A stretch of 53,910 nucleotides of DNA from Elusimicrobia bacterium GWA2_69_24 (GTDB taxonomy: Bacteria; Elusimicrobiota; Elusimicrobia; UBA1565), in NCBI GenBank assembly GCA_001799695.1, contig MGTY01000132.1, positions 1 to 53,910 of the forward strand, read 5' to 3'. A program made the position numbers and the translations under genes. The notes beneath the pieces were generated by a model that was not told the DNA's origin, did not search any database, and saw only the letters and a program-made list of their open reading frames with translations. Below, piece by piece: positions 45,586 to 53,910 of this stretch (the first letter of the stretch is position 1; every line of letters starts with the position of its first letter).

Positions 45586-46032
45586 TCAGCCGCGCGGGAC
45601 GACGGAAACCTTGATCTTGGCGCTTGCGTCGGAGGCGAGACGGACTTCCACCTCGTGCTCGCCCACGTCCTTGATGGGGTTCTCGAGCATGATGGCGGAC
45701 TTGTCCACCGTATAGCCGGAGGCCTTGAGGCTCTTCACCACGTCGGACTTGCCGACCGAGCCGAACAACTTGCCGTTCTCGCCCACCCGGCGGGAGAACG
45801 ACAGGGCGACCGACGCCAGCCGCTGGCAGGTGGTCTTGGCCTCGGCGAGGGCTTTCGCGCCGGCCTTCTCGCGGCGCTCCTTGCCCTTCTCGAACCAAGC
45901 CATGGCCGAGGGCGTGGCCTCCATGGCCAGTCCCCGGGGGATCAGATAGTTCCGGGCGAATCCGCGTGCGACCTGGCGGATCTCTCCGGCGCGGCCCAAA
46001 TTCTCGACTTCGGACTTGAGGATAACCTTCAT
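45586..46032 (-). CDS. rplI: 50S ribosomal protein L9
   Basis: MKVILKSEVENLGRAGEIRQVARGFARNYLIPRGLA. Confidence 0.9.
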   Translation of the reverse strand: MKVILKSEVENLGRAGEIRQVARGFARNYLIPRGLAMEATPSAMAWFEKGKERREKAGAKALAEAKTTCQRLASVALSFSRRVGENGKLFGSVGKSDVVKSLKASGYTVDKSAIMLENPIKDVGEHEVEVRLASDASAKIKVSVVPRG

Positions 46033-46081
46033 AGCTCAGAGCTCTCCTGGATTTCCCGGGCCGGCCGCTGGCCGGCCCCGG

Positions 46082-46399
46082 CTAAACCGCCGTGAAGGGG
46101 AGAAGCGCCAGATAGCGGGCCCGCTTGATGGCCCGCCCCAACTGCTTCTGATGCTTGGCGCAGGTGCCGGTGATCCGGCTCGAGAGGATCTTCCCACGCT
46201 CCGTGGTGAAGGTCCTCAAGACCTGCGTAAGCTTGAAATCGATGTGCTCCACCTTGTCCGCACAGAAACGGCACACCTTGCGGCGCGGCTTGAACGGCCC
46301 GCGGCGGCGCGCGGTCGGTGCGAACCGGGCGCGCTCCTTGCCCCCGCTCGCCGGCGCGTCACCCTGGGACGGCGTCGTCTCCACCGTCTCCTGTTCCAT
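46082..46399 (-). CDS. rpsR: 30S ribosomal protein S18
   Basis: [33 protein letters not shown]. Confidence 0.9.
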   Translation of the reverse strand: MEQETVETTPSQGDAPASGGKERARFAPTARRRGPFKPRRKVCRFCADKVEHIDFKLTQVLRTFTTERGKILSSRITGTCAKHQKQLGRAIKRARYLALLPFTAV

Positions 46400-46827
46400 T
46401 AGAAGGGGACCTCCTCCAAATCTCCGTCCGACTTGCTCTCGCCGCCCTCGGGGGCGGGAGCGCTCTCGCTGGTCGCCGACGCCTTGGCGAGGAACTGCAC
46501 ACGGCGCGCCACGACGTCCAGGGCGAACCGCTTCTGTCCCGTCTTATCCTCGTAATCCCGGCTCTGCAGGCGGCCCTCGACGTGCACGGGGCTGCCCTTC
46601 TTGAGCCGGTCCTTCAGGCGGTCCGCCGCTTCCCCCCACACCGTGACGGGGACCCAGCTGGTGTCGTCCTTCCACTCTCCGGAGGCGGTGTCCTTGAAGC
46701 GGCGGGTCACTCCGACCCGGAAGGTGCACATGGACGTGCCCTTCGTCGTCGACCGGAAATCGGGGTCCTTGCCCAGATAGCCGGAGATCAGCACGATGTT
46801 CTGCTCGAGCAGGCGAATCTCTTTCAT
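46399..46827 (-). CDS. ssb: Single-stranded DNA-binding protein
   Basis: An OB-fold N-terminus and an acidic C-terminal tail ending DLEEVPF. Confidence 0.9.
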   Translation of the reverse strand: MKEIRLLEQNIVLISGYLGKDPDFRSTTKGTSMCTFRVGVTRRFKDTASGEWKDDTSWVPVTVWGEAADRLKDRLKKGSPVHVEGRLQSRDYEDKTGQKRFALDVVARRVQFLAKASATSESAPAPEGGESKSDGDLEEVPF

Positions 46828-47177
46828 TGGGGAGCCTGGACCTTGTCCTTGTCCTTATCCTTCGGGGGCTCGATGGCTTTGCCCTCCTGGGCGTGGACCG
46901 TCAGCGCGCGCAGGATGTTCTCCTGGATGCGGAAATGCTGGCTGATCTTATTGACCAGCGGGCCTTCCGCCGAAAATTTCAGGTAGATGTAGAATCCTTC
47001 GCGGGCCTTGTCGATGGGGTAGGCGAGCTTGCGGCGACCCCACCGGTCCTCGTTGAGGATCTCCCCTCCGCCCTTGGTGATCATCAGCTTCGTCTTGTCT
47101 GCGAATTCGGCGACCTCCGGGTCGGAGAGGCGGGGATGGATGACGAGAACGGTTTCGTAGGTGGCCATATATTCCAA
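46824..47177 (-). CDS. rpsF: 30S ribosomal protein S6
   Basis: YETVLVIHPRLSDPEV...RWGRRKLAYPI. The start may be the ATG at 47168. Confidence 0.85.
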   Translation of the reverse strand: MEYMATYETVLVIHPRLSDPEVAEFADKTKLMITKGGGEILNEDRWGRRKLAYPIDKAREGFYIYLKFSAEGPLVNKISQHFRIQENILRALTVHAQEGKAIEPPKDKDKDKVQAPQ

Positions 47178-47345
47178 TGACTATATCAAAATGATTTTTG
47201 CGGCACAAGCCAAAATATCACACCCCCCGGAAAATCCCATCCCGGGCTGAGTGAATCCGGCCCCTCCGCAGCGTGCCGAAGCGCGCGCGGCTATTATACC
47301 TTATGGCTGGGGGGGCAGCGCAACAGGTAGAGCGCAACAGGCGGA

Positions 47346-47374
47346 TTGACAATAGATGGTAAACGATGTATCCT
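47346..47374 (+). promoter_or_regulatory. Near-consensus sigma70-type promoter (TTGACA, 17 nt, TATCCT) upstream of the HTH gene
   Basis: ttgaca-atagatggtaaacgatg-tatcct, followed by a GAGAGG RBS and the ATG at 47394. Confidence 0.5.
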
Positions 47375-47393
47375 GATGCACACGAGAGGACGC

Positions 47394-47648
47394 ATGCGCC
47401 GAAAAAAGAGAAAGGTCTCCCGCAAGCTGTTCCTGGGCAGCCCGCCCGAAGTGATGGACATCAAGACCCTGGCGCAGTATCTCTCCATGGGCCGCTCCAA
47501 GATCTACAACCTCATCCGCCAGAAGAAGATCCCCGCCTCCCGCATCGGGCGTCAGTACCGTTTCGCCAAAGGGCTGGTCGATCAGTGGCTCAAAGAGCAG
47601 CTGATCATCCGCCCCGAGGAAGCCCAGATCCCGCTCTTCAAGAAGTAG
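47394..47648 (+). CDS. Excisionase/MerR-like helix-turn-helix DNA-binding protein with a basic N-terminal tail (alternative start 47454)
   Basis: DIKTLAQYLSMGRSKIYNLIRQKKIPASRIGRQYRFAKGLVDQWL matches the excisionase-family HTH pattern. Confidence 0.55.
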   Translation: MRRKKRKVSRKLFLGSPPEVMDIKTLAQYLSMGRSKIYNLIRQKKIPASRIGRQYRFAKGLVDQWLKEQLIIRPEEAQIPLFKK

Positions 47649-47684
47649 CTCCGGGACGACGGACGACGGACGACGAGAAAACCC

Positions 47685-47713
47685 TTGCATCCCGTCGGGG
47701 GATAATGTATTCT
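47685..47713 (+). promoter_or_regulatory. Putative promoter (TTGCAT, 17 nt, TATTCT) preceded by (GACGGA)x3
   Basis: ttgcat-cccgtcgggggataatg-tattct lies about 75 nt upstream of the 47789 ATG. Confidence 0.3.
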
Positions 47714-47788
47714 CGGGATGTCGGTCGACGGTCTCTGCGGTTCCGTCCGACGGAGCGGCAGATTATATCGACGGAGGAATACACTAAC

Positions 47789-48010
47789 ATGGCGAAGAAG
47801 ATCCATAAGATCGGCCTGAAGCGGGAGAAGGGCTACCTGTACTACATCGACAAGCAGGGCGACGTGTCCCGCGCGAAGATGGCCCGCGGCGGCAAGAAGG
47901 GCGGAAAGCCGACCAAGGTCCAGAAGGTCGGCGTGAAGAAGGAGAAGGGCTTCCTGTACTTCATCGACAAGCAGGGCGACATCTCCTGCGCGAAGATGGT
48001 GAACGCCTAA
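47789..48010 (+). CDS. Small basic protein (73 aa) made of two tandem repeats of about 26 aa (K-x-G-x-K-[RK]-EKG-[YF]-LY-[YF]-IDKQGD-[VI]-S-x-AKM)
   Basis: The internal duplication KIGLKREKGYLYYIDKQGDVSRAKMA / KVGVKKEKGFLYFIDKQGDISCAKMV is read directly. A GGAGG RBS is present. An intrinsic terminator follows. Confidence 0.55.
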   Translation: MAKKIHKIGLKREKGYLYYIDKQGDVSRAKMARGGKKGGKPTKVQKVGVKKEKGFLYFIDKQGDISCAKMVNA

Positions 48011-48035
48011 GGCTCCAGCCTTCGGCGAGAAAGGG

Positions 48036-48066
48036 AAACCCGGCGCTCCGCGCCGGGTTTTTCTTT
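48036..48066 (+). terminator. Rho-independent terminator (AAACCCGGCGC-tccg-GCGCCGGGTTT followed by TTCTTT)
   Basis: A GC stem with a U-rich tail 26 nt after the stop at 48010. Confidence 0.7.
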
Positions 48067-48094
48067 CCCCGGACAATTGTGGTACAGTAGCGCC

Positions 48095-49087
48095 ATGAAG
48101 CCGGAAAAGGGCGCCGTCGCGGTGGTCGGGCCGGGAGCCATCGGCGGACTCCTGGCCGACAGCCTGCGCCGCGCCGGGAGGCGCGTCATCCTGGTCACCC
48201 GGGACGCCCGGGCCGCGGGCGCCCTGCGCCGAGGCGGATTCGCCATCACCGGCCCGAGCGGCCGCACCCGCTCCTTTCCGCGCTGGGAGGCCGCCGCCCC
48301 CCGCCTCAAGAAGGGCCGGCCCCTCGACTGCGTCCTCCTCTGCGTGAAGGCGCCGGCCCTGCCCGAGACCCTGCGCCGCCTGCGCGCCGCGGCGCCCAAG
48401 AGGGCGCCGTCCCCCGGGCAGCGCCGTTTTCCTCCTGTGGAGGAGACGGTGCCTGCCGGTCCGCCCGTCGTCTGCCTGCTCAACGGGGTGGGCCATGACC
48501 GCCCCCTGCGCGCCGCTTTCGGCGGACGCGCGGTGCTGGGCAGCTGCTACATCGCCTCCACCCGGACCGGCCCCCGCGCCCTACGCCACTGGGGCGGCAA
48601 CCGCATCCTTCTGGCCCGGACGCCGCGCAACGCCCCCGCCGCCGAGGCGGCCGCGGACATCCTGCGCTCGGCCGGCTGGGACGTCCGCCTCTACGCCGAC
48701 GAAGCCCGCCTGCTCTGGACCAAGCTGGTCTACAACGCGGCCATCAACCCCCTGGGCGCGCTCCTGCGCAAGACCAACGGGGAAGTGGCCTCCCATCCGG
48801 CCATGCGCCAGCTGCTGCGCGCCGTGTCGCGCGAGGCCATCGCGGTGGCCCGCGCCGAAGGCCACGCCCCCGCCGTCCCCGGCCTGGAGGGCCGCATCCT
48901 GCGGGACTGCCTCCTGGTCCCCGACCAGCGCAGTTCCATGGCCCAGGACCTGGCCGCGGGCCGCCCCACGGAAGCGGACGCGATACTCAAGCCGCTCATC
49001 CTGTCGGGCCGGCGCACGGGGACCCCGACCCCGCTCCTCACGCCCCTCTACCGCATGATCAAGAAACTGGAGGAAGAACTGCGATGA
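48095..49087 (+). CDS. panE: 2-dehydropantoate 2-reductase family protein (PanE/ApbA)
   Basis: The N-terminal Rossmann VAVVGPGAIGG. The ApbA_C block is LWTKLVYNAAINPLGAL. Confidence 0.7.
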   Translation: MKPEKGAVAVVGPGAIGGLLADSLRRAGRRVILVTRDARAAGALRRGGFAITGPSGRTRSFPRWEAAAPRLKKGRPLDCVLLCVKAPALPETLRRLRAAAPKRAPSPGQRRFPPVEETVPAGPPVVCLLNGVGHDRPLRAAFGGRAVLGSCYIASTRTGPRALRHWGGNRILLARTPRNAPAAEAAADILRSAGWDVRLYADEARLLWTKLVYNAAINPLGALLRKTNGEVASHPAMRQLLRAVSREAIAVARAEGHAPAVPGLEGRILRDCLLVPDQRSSMAQDLAAGRPTEADAILKPLILSGRRTGTPTPLLTPLYRMIKKLEEELR

Positions 49088-49995
49088 GCGCGCGCCTGCT
49101 CCGGGGCAAGCCCCTGGCCGAGAAGATGCGTCAGGAACTCGCCGCGCGCGCCGCGGCGGTGAGCGAGGAGCGGGGCAGCCCCCCCCACCTCGCCATCCTC
49201 GCGATCGGCGGAAACCCCTCCTCCCAGATCTTCCTGCGCAAGAAGCTCGAAGCCTGCCAGGAAGCCGGCATCGAATGCACGATGGAATCCCTGCCCGAAT
49301 CAACCTCGTTCACCGAGACTCAGCGCCTCATGCACAAGCTGGCCCACGACCCGGCCGTGGACGGGATCATCTTCGACATGCCGGTCCCCCAACACCTGGA
49401 TCCGGCCCGACTTATGGAAGAACTCTCTCCAGACAAGGACGTGGAGGGCGTCACGGCCACCAATGCCGGGCGGTTGGTTTCGCACAAGAGCTGGGCCTCC
49501 CTGCGCGGATCCGGGGTCATGATCCCCTGCACCCCCGACGCGATCATCCACCTCCTGCTGGAGACCAAGGTCGACCCGCGCGGCGCGGAAGCGGTCGTGA
49601 TCGGCCGCTCCAACATCGTGGGGAAACCCACCGCCCATCTGCTGTCCAGCCTGGACGCCACCGTGACCCTCTGCCACGCGCAGACCCGCGGCCTGGCCGA
49701 ACACGTCCGCCGGGCCGACATCCTGGTCTGCGCGATCGGCAAGCCCGGCCTGGTCCGGGGCGATTGGGTGAAGCCGGGCGCCGTGGTTCTGGACGCGGGC
49801 ACCGGAATGGAAGGCAAACGCATCGCGGGCGACGTGGAGTTCGAGGCGGCCGCCCAGCGCGCGGCCTTCATCACCCCGGTCCCCGGCGGCGTCGGCCCCC
49901 TCACCGTCACCTTTCTCCTGCACAACACCGTGCTCGCCGCCGAGCGCCGCCTCGCCGCCCTCGCCGACTCTCACAAACACCACCCCACAGCCTGA
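49084..49995 (+). CDS. folD: Bifunctional methylenetetrahydrofolate dehydrogenase/cyclohydrolase
   Basis: GKPLAEKMRQEL, VVIGRSNIVGKP and PVPGGVGPLTV. Confidence 0.9.
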   Translation: MSARLLRGKPLAEKMRQELAARAAAVSEERGSPPHLAILAIGGNPSSQIFLRKKLEACQEAGIECTMESLPESTSFTETQRLMHKLAHDPAVDGIIFDMPVPQHLDPARLMEELSPDKDVEGVTATNAGRLVSHKSWASLRGSGVMIPCTPDAIIHLLLETKVDPRGAEAVVIGRSNIVGKPTAHLLSSLDATVTLCHAQTRGLAEHVRRADILVCAIGKPGLVRGDWVKPGAVVLDAGTGMEGKRIAGDVEFEAAAQRAAFITPVPGGVGPLTVTFLLHNTVLAAERRLAALADSHKHHPTA

Positions 49996-50019
49996 GGGAC
50001 CCTCCCCAGGCAACGGACG

Positions 50020-50523
50020 CTACCGCTGGAAGCCTATCTGACGACGAGACTTATCGAGGACCAACACATCCCCCCGGATAGCATCGATCAACTCTCCGAT
50101 CTCGACATCATGCTTGTCGACCCGCCGCCCGAGCTCGTCCAGCTTTACCAGCATCTCCCGATGCTCCGCTGCCATTTCCCGCATCTTGACGAATGCCCGC
50201 ATGATGCCGATGTTGACGCGCACGGCGCGCCAGCTGCGGAGGACGCTGGACAACATGGCCACGCCTTCCTCGGTGAAAGCGTACGGGTACCCCCTGCGGA
50301 TGCCGCCCCAACTTGAAGTCACGATCTGTGACTTCAAGTCGGCGAACTCCTCTCGCGAGAGCTGGAAGATGAAATCGGCCGGAAAGCGCCTGCGATTACG
50401 CTTGACCGCCTGCACGAGCGCTTTGGGCGCTACCCCGTAGAGCCTGGCGAGGTCCGCGCTCAACACCACCCGTCTGCCGCGGATGCGATGGATGAGCCGC
50501 GAAAGAGCGGCCGGTTCCTTCAT
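50020..50523 (-). CDS. ORF6N (KilA-N-like) domain protein, in a lower-GC patch of about 55%
   Basis: IRGRRVVLSADLARLYGVAPKALVQAVKRNRRRFPADFIFQLSREE is the ORF6N signature. Confidence 0.65.
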   Translation of the reverse strand: MKEPAALSRLIHRIRGRRVVLSADLARLYGVAPKALVQAVKRNRRRFPADFIFQLSREEFADLKSQIVTSSWGGIRRGYPYAFTEEGVAMLSSVLRSWRAVRVNIGIMRAFVKMREMAAEHREMLVKLDELGRRVDKHDVEIGELIDAIRGDVLVLDKSRRQIGFQR

Positions 50524-50733
50524 GCCTATATATACGATTCAAGGGGCCTTTTGGTTCCGTCCGAATGTTTGCCAGAGAAGTTCTTTATCGTCACGGCATT
50601 CCCTGAGTGCAGAACGTCGTGGCACCGGTTCTGTTCCGAATCATCACAAAGCTGGATGTCCTTCGTGGTCGTGACCGTAGACTGAAACACATCAAATTGC
50701 CCTGCCTCAATATCCCCTGGGGCATTCTGCCGG

Positions 50734-51777
50734 TCAGGACTCGGCGAGCTCGAACATGCGCTCGATGGAGCGCTTGGCGGCCTCGGCCACGGCCGGATCG
50801 ACGGTGACCTTCTGCCAGGGCTGGGGATCTTCCAGGGCCTGGAGCACCGACTGCAAAGTGGTGGCCTTCATGTAGGGGCAGAGGCGGCACATGGGGATGA
50901 AATGCTTCTCGGGCATCGCGGTGCGCGCGACCTCGCCCAACCCGCACTCGGTGACCAGCATGTAGTAGGGCGCGTCCGTCTCACGCACGTAGCGCAGCAT
51001 GTCGGCCGTGCCGCCCACGAAATCGACGAGCTCCACGAAGGCGGGATTGCACTCGGCGTGGGCCAGGATCTTCACCCCGGGATAGGTGCGCCGGCAGAGC
51101 GCCACCATGGCCGGGTCGAAGTTCTCGTGGACGATGCACTTGCCGTCCCAGAACAGGAGTTCGCTGCCGGGCTTCTTGCCGAGCTGGCGGGCGAGGTTGC
51201 TCCCCATCCAGGCGTCGGGCAGGAAGAGGACCCGCTTGTGATCTTCGAACATGAGGCGCAGGATCTTGGCGGCGTTGGCGCTGGTCACGATGACATCGCT
51301 CTCGGCCTTCACCTCGGCGGTGGTGTTGATGTAGCTCACCACGGGGACGCCGGGGTACTTGCGCTTGGCGGCGCGGACGTCGGAGGCGGTGATCGAGTCC
51401 GCGAGGGTGCAGCCGGAGTCCTTGGCCGGGAGGAGGACCTCCTTGGCGGGGTTGAGGATCTTCGCGGTCTCGGCCATGAAGCGCACACCGCAGAACACGA
51501 TGCGCTCGGCGCGGACCTCGGCGCAGCGCTTGGACAGGGCGTAGGAGTCCCCCGTGAAATCGGCGACCCCGGCCACGACCTCGGGGCGCTGGTACACGTG
51601 CGCGGGGATGACGGCCTTCTTCTCGGCCTTCAGGCGGTTGATCCGCCAGGTCACGGGCGCGACGGCGGCGAGGTCGGCCGGGGCGAAGCCCAGGGAGTCC
51701 AATCCCTTCCCGCACAGGCGCCGGACCTCGTCGGCGACCTGCTTGGCGGAGGGTTCGGGGCCGGACTTAATAGGCAT
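50734..51777 (-). CDS. nadA: Quinolinate synthase
   Basis: FMAETAK, the Cys ligands and the YINTTAEVKA block. Confidence 0.9.
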   Translation of the reverse strand: MPIKSGPEPSAKQVADEVRRLCGKGLDSLGFAPADLAAVAPVTWRINRLKAEKKAVIPAHVYQRPEVVAGVADFTGDSYALSKRCAEVRAERIVFCGVRFMAETAKILNPAKEVLLPAKDSGCTLADSITASDVRAAKRKYPGVPVVSYINTTAEVKAESDVIVTSANAAKILRLMFEDHKRVLFLPDAWMGSNLARQLGKKPGSELLFWDGKCIVHENFDPAMVALCRRTYPGVKILAHAECNPAFVELVDFVGGTADMLRYVRETDAPYYMLVTECGLGEVARTAMPEKHFIPMCRLCPYMKATTLQSVLQALEDPQPWQKVTVDPAVAEAAKRSIERMFELAES

Positions 51778-52465
51778 CCTGTTCCTGGAGACAGCGCTTC
51801 CGGAGGTCCGGAAAATCGGTGAAGACCCGGTCCACCCCCAAAGATTCCATGCGGTCCAGCTCCCGGCAATCGTCGATGGTGTAGACGAACACCTCCATGC
51901 CGGCGGCGTGGATGCGCTCCACCCATTCGGGGGTCACGCGCCGGTGGGAAAGGCGCAGGCTCTCGGCCCGGAGCTCGCGGGCGACCGTCAGGCTGTCCTC
52001 CAGCGGCAGCACCCCGGGCTGGAAACCCATGCGCACCCGCTCGTCCAGGCCCCGGACCGCGCGCAGGATGGGGGCGTCGTTGCTGGAGAAGGTGGTGTTC
52101 TCGCGCCAGCCCGGCCGAACGCAGATGGCGTGGAGGATGCGCTCCGCGAACGCGGGGTAGGGCGGGTCGTCCTGCTTGATGTCGAGGTGGAGCTCGACGC
52201 CGCCGTCCAGCATGGCCAGGAGCTCGGCCAGCCGCGGGGCCACGCCGGGGTCGGGCCGCGCCTTGAAATCGAGGTCCCCGATCCTGGCCTCCCAGCCGGC
52301 CACCCGGGAGAGGTCGGGGTCGTGCAGCATGACGATCTCGCCGTCCTTGGTCTGGCGGAGGTCGCACTCCAGTTCGCCCGCGCCCAGCCGCAGCGCGGCG
52401 CGGAACGCGGGCAGGGTGTTCTCGGGGTGATATCCGGAAGCGCCGCGATGCGCGATCAGTTTCAT
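51767..52465 (-). CDS. Glycerophosphodiester phosphodiesterase (GDPD family)
   Basis: MKLIAHRGASGYHPENTLPAFRAAL...ELECDL...HD. The start is at internal M13 of the track ORF. Confidence 0.8.
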   Translation of the reverse strand: MKLIAHRGASGYHPENTLPAFRAALRLGAGELECDLRQTKDGEIVMLHDPDLSRVAGWEARIGDLDFKARPDPGVAPRLAELLAMLDGGVELHLDIKQDDPPYPAFAERILHAICVRPGWRENTTFSSNDAPILRAVRGLDERVRMGFQPGVLPLEDSLTVARELRAESLRLSHRRVTPEWVERIHAAGMEVFVYTIDDCRELDRMESLGVDRVFTDFPDLRKRCLQEQDAY

Positions 52466-53313
52466 GGCCGATGACTCCCGTTGCGCGCCGCCGCCGGGCA
52501 CCGGTCCAGGCGGCTCTCGAAGCGCGCGTAGACCTCGTCCGGCAGGCGGATCCCTCCGATTGTATCATGCTCCGTACGTGGTCCGTGGAAGTCCGAGCCG
52601 CCGGTGACGATCAGGCCGTAGCGCTCCGCGGCCTCCAGGAAGCGCCCGGTCTGCGCCCGCGAATGGTTCGGGTAGTAGGCCTCGATGCCTTCCAACCCGG
52701 CGTCCACCCAGGGCCCCAGGTCGTGCCCTTTGCGGAGCAGGCCGGGGTGCGCCAGGACCGCCCAGCCCCCGGCTCCGCGGATGCCCGCGATGGCTTCGGG
52801 CACGGTCGGCCCGGCCGACGGGACGTAGGCCGGCCCGCCGACCGCCAGAAAGCGCCGGAACGCGTCCTTGCGGGAGCGGACGACCTTCCGGCGGCGCAAA
52901 GCGTCGGCGATGTGGGGGCGCCCGATGGTCTCGCCGGACCCGCAGCGCACATCCTCCATGGAGACCGAGACTCCCAGGCCCTGCAGGAGCTCCAGGATGG
53001 CCGCCGCGCGACGGACCCGCCGGGTCCGCAGGTCCGCGAGCAGGTCCTTCAGTCTGGGACAGTCCGGGTCGAAGCCGTAGCCCAGGATGTGGACGGAGTC
53101 GCCTTCCCGGGTGTTGATCTCGACCCCGCCGCAAAAGGCCTGCCCGACGCGCCGGGCCTCCGCCAGGGCCTCGGGCAGTCCCGCGACCGTGTCGTGGTCG
53201 GTCAGGACCAGAGCCTCGACGCCCTCTCGCTGCGCCAGGCGGACCAGCTGAGTCGGGGTGCAGGTCCCGTCCGAGAAGGAGGAATGCGTGTGGAGGTCAA
53301 CGTTACGGGACAC
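52462..53313 (-). CDS. PHP-family metal-dependent phosphoesterase (GTG start at V62 of the track ORF proposed)
   Basis: NVDLHTHSSFSDGTCTP...LTDHD. The long upstream extension in the track runs through a repeat element and was discounted. Confidence 0.6.
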   Translation of the reverse strand: MSRNVDLHTHSSFSDGTCTPTQLVRLAQREGVEALVLTDHDTVAGLPEALAEARRVGQAFCGGVEINTREGDSVHILGYGFDPDCPRLKDLLADLRTRRVRRAAAILELLQGLGVSVSMEDVRCGSGETIGRPHIADALRRRKVVRSRKDAFRRFLAVGGPAYVPSAGPTVPEAIAGIRGAGGWAVLAHPGLLRKGHDLGPWVDAGLEGIEAYYPNHSRAQTGRFLEAAERYGLIVTGGSDFHGPRTEHDTIGGIRLPDEVYARFESRLDRCPAAARNGSHRP

Positions 53314-53782
53314 GGCCCCCCGCCAATTCGGCCAGGGAGACCCCGTCCAGATAGCCTTCCACCAGGTGGCCGAGCTTCTCCCACACCGGCCGCATCCCGC
53401 AGCCTTCCGGGCGGGGGCAGCGGCCCCTGCCGCTATGGACCGGCAGGGACCGTGCAAGAGGATGTTCTCCGGACGCACGGCCCGGCCGCGAAGCATACCG
53501 GGTGCAGACCGGCTCGAACACCCGGGCTTCCACGGCCCGGATCACGTTCCCGACCGAGACCTCCCGCATGGGGCGCGCCAAGGTGTACCCGCCGCGGACC
53601 CCGCGCAGGCTGCGGATGAGACCGGCGCGGCGCAGGCGCATGAGGAGCTGGTCCACGTAATCCCGGGGGATGCGCTCCAGGGCGGCGATGCGCTCCGCGC
53701 AGAGGGGGATCCCCTCCGCCTGGCCGGCGAGGCGGAGCATGATCCTCGCGCTGTACTCGGTCTGGCTCCCGATGCGCAGCAT
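53303..53782 (-). CDS. Rrf2-family transcriptional regulator (IscR/NsrR-like) containing an in-frame insertion of about 20 aa between its putative first and second Cys ligands
   Basis: MLRIGSQTEYSARIMLRLA...GIRSLRGVRGGYTLARP is the Rrf2 wHTH. PVC...(28 aa)...C-x5-C...W at the C-terminus. The start is at internal M28. Confidence 0.75.
   Translation of the reverse strand: MLRIGSQTEYSARIMLRLAGQAEGIPLCAERIAALERIPRDYVDQLLMRLRRAGLIRSLRGVRGGYTLARPMREVSVGNVIRAVEARVFEPVCTRYASRPGRASGEHPLARSLPVHSGRGRCPRPEGCGMRPVWEKLGHLVEGYLDGVSLAELAGGRVP
53405..53465 (+). repeat. Second copy of the 57-61 nt mini-element (cctgccgctatGgaccggcagggaccgtgcaagaGgatgttctccggacgcacggcc). It lies inside the Rrf2 coding sequence
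   Basis: 58 of 60 nt identical to 912-972. Confidence 0.5.
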
Positions 53783-53910
53783 CCCGGTAGATGTTAGAAA
53801 ATTCCGGCCGCGGCGCGCGGGCCATTGTGTCGCGCGTTTTTTAATATGTCCTGTTTGAGCCAAGTAGAAATGTCCTGTTCCGCGGTACGATACTCCTCCA
53901 GAAAGGGAGG

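Noticed and set aside
52462-53496. Long N-terminal extension of the PHP phosphoesterase ORF (start at 53496)
   Set aside because: The extension is translated through the 57-nt mini-repeat and overlaps the Rrf2 gene on the same strand. A GTG at 53313 just upstream of the conserved DLHTHS motif is more plausible.

Overview
This is a 53.9 kb high-GC (roughly 65-70%) bacterial chromosomal window. I found no rRNA, tRNA or CRISPR arrays. Coding density is high. ORFs on the strand opposite real genes are mostly GC-driven shadow ORFs, and I ignored them.

Genes recognised from the translations, in order:
- A lipoprotein.
- A BrnT/BrnA toxin-antitoxin pair.
- A two-gene 2-oxoacid:ferredoxin oxidoreductase (delta-alpha and beta-gamma fusions).
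- A membrane protein with two Tim44-like domains, zinc ribbons and a C-terminal TerB domain.
- An SGNH-like hydrolase.
- A SPOR domain fused to a class-A beta-lactamase-fold serine hydrolase.
- A DUF4160/DUF2442 pair sitting in a roughly 50% GC islet.
- An SPFH protein with a zinc ribbon, a lytic transglycosylase with LysM, and a small lipoprotein.
- An OmpR/histidine-kinase two-component system.
- A GT-C membrane glycosyltransferase and a secreted coiled-coil protein.
- A GH13 glycosidase, a GGDEF cyclase, a TPR lipoprotein and a DUF2628 membrane protein.
- An SbcD/SbcC-like pair whose ATPase carries a central transmembrane hairpin.
- A membrane pseudokinase.
- A trehalose cluster: TreS-Mak fusion, OtsB, a second Mak, and an OtsA with an N-terminal membrane sensor extension.
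- A CPA2 antiporter preceded by an unannotated 47-aa single-TM ORF.
- A PIN-TRAM protein, RadA, MlaA and Alr.
- The dnaB-rplI-rpsR-ssb-rpsF block.
- An HTH protein plus a tandem-repeat mini-protein, flanked by recognisable promoters and an intrinsic terminator.
- PanE and FolD.
- A lower-GC ORF6N (KilA-N-like) gene.
- NadA, a GDPD, a PHP phosphoesterase and an Rrf2 regulator.

The most unusual signal is non-coding. There are at least four families of small palindromic or TIR-bearing repeats (MITE-like) with nested insertions:
- A 325-382 bp element with 23-bp TIRs and TTA flanks. It occurs twice in inverted orientation, bracketing about 9.5 kb.
- A 57-nt mini-element nested inside one of those copies. 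The same mini-element lies in-frame inside the Rrf2 regulator gene.
- A 162-bp element with a perfect 14-bp TIR, in two inverted copies.
- A 67-bp double-hairpin element. One copy is split by the second copy of the large element.
- A 16-bp perfect palindrome recurring downstream of three genes.

Start coordinates were derived from ORF-track offsets and may be off by a few nucleotides. All functional calls come from motif recognition in the translations, not from database searches.
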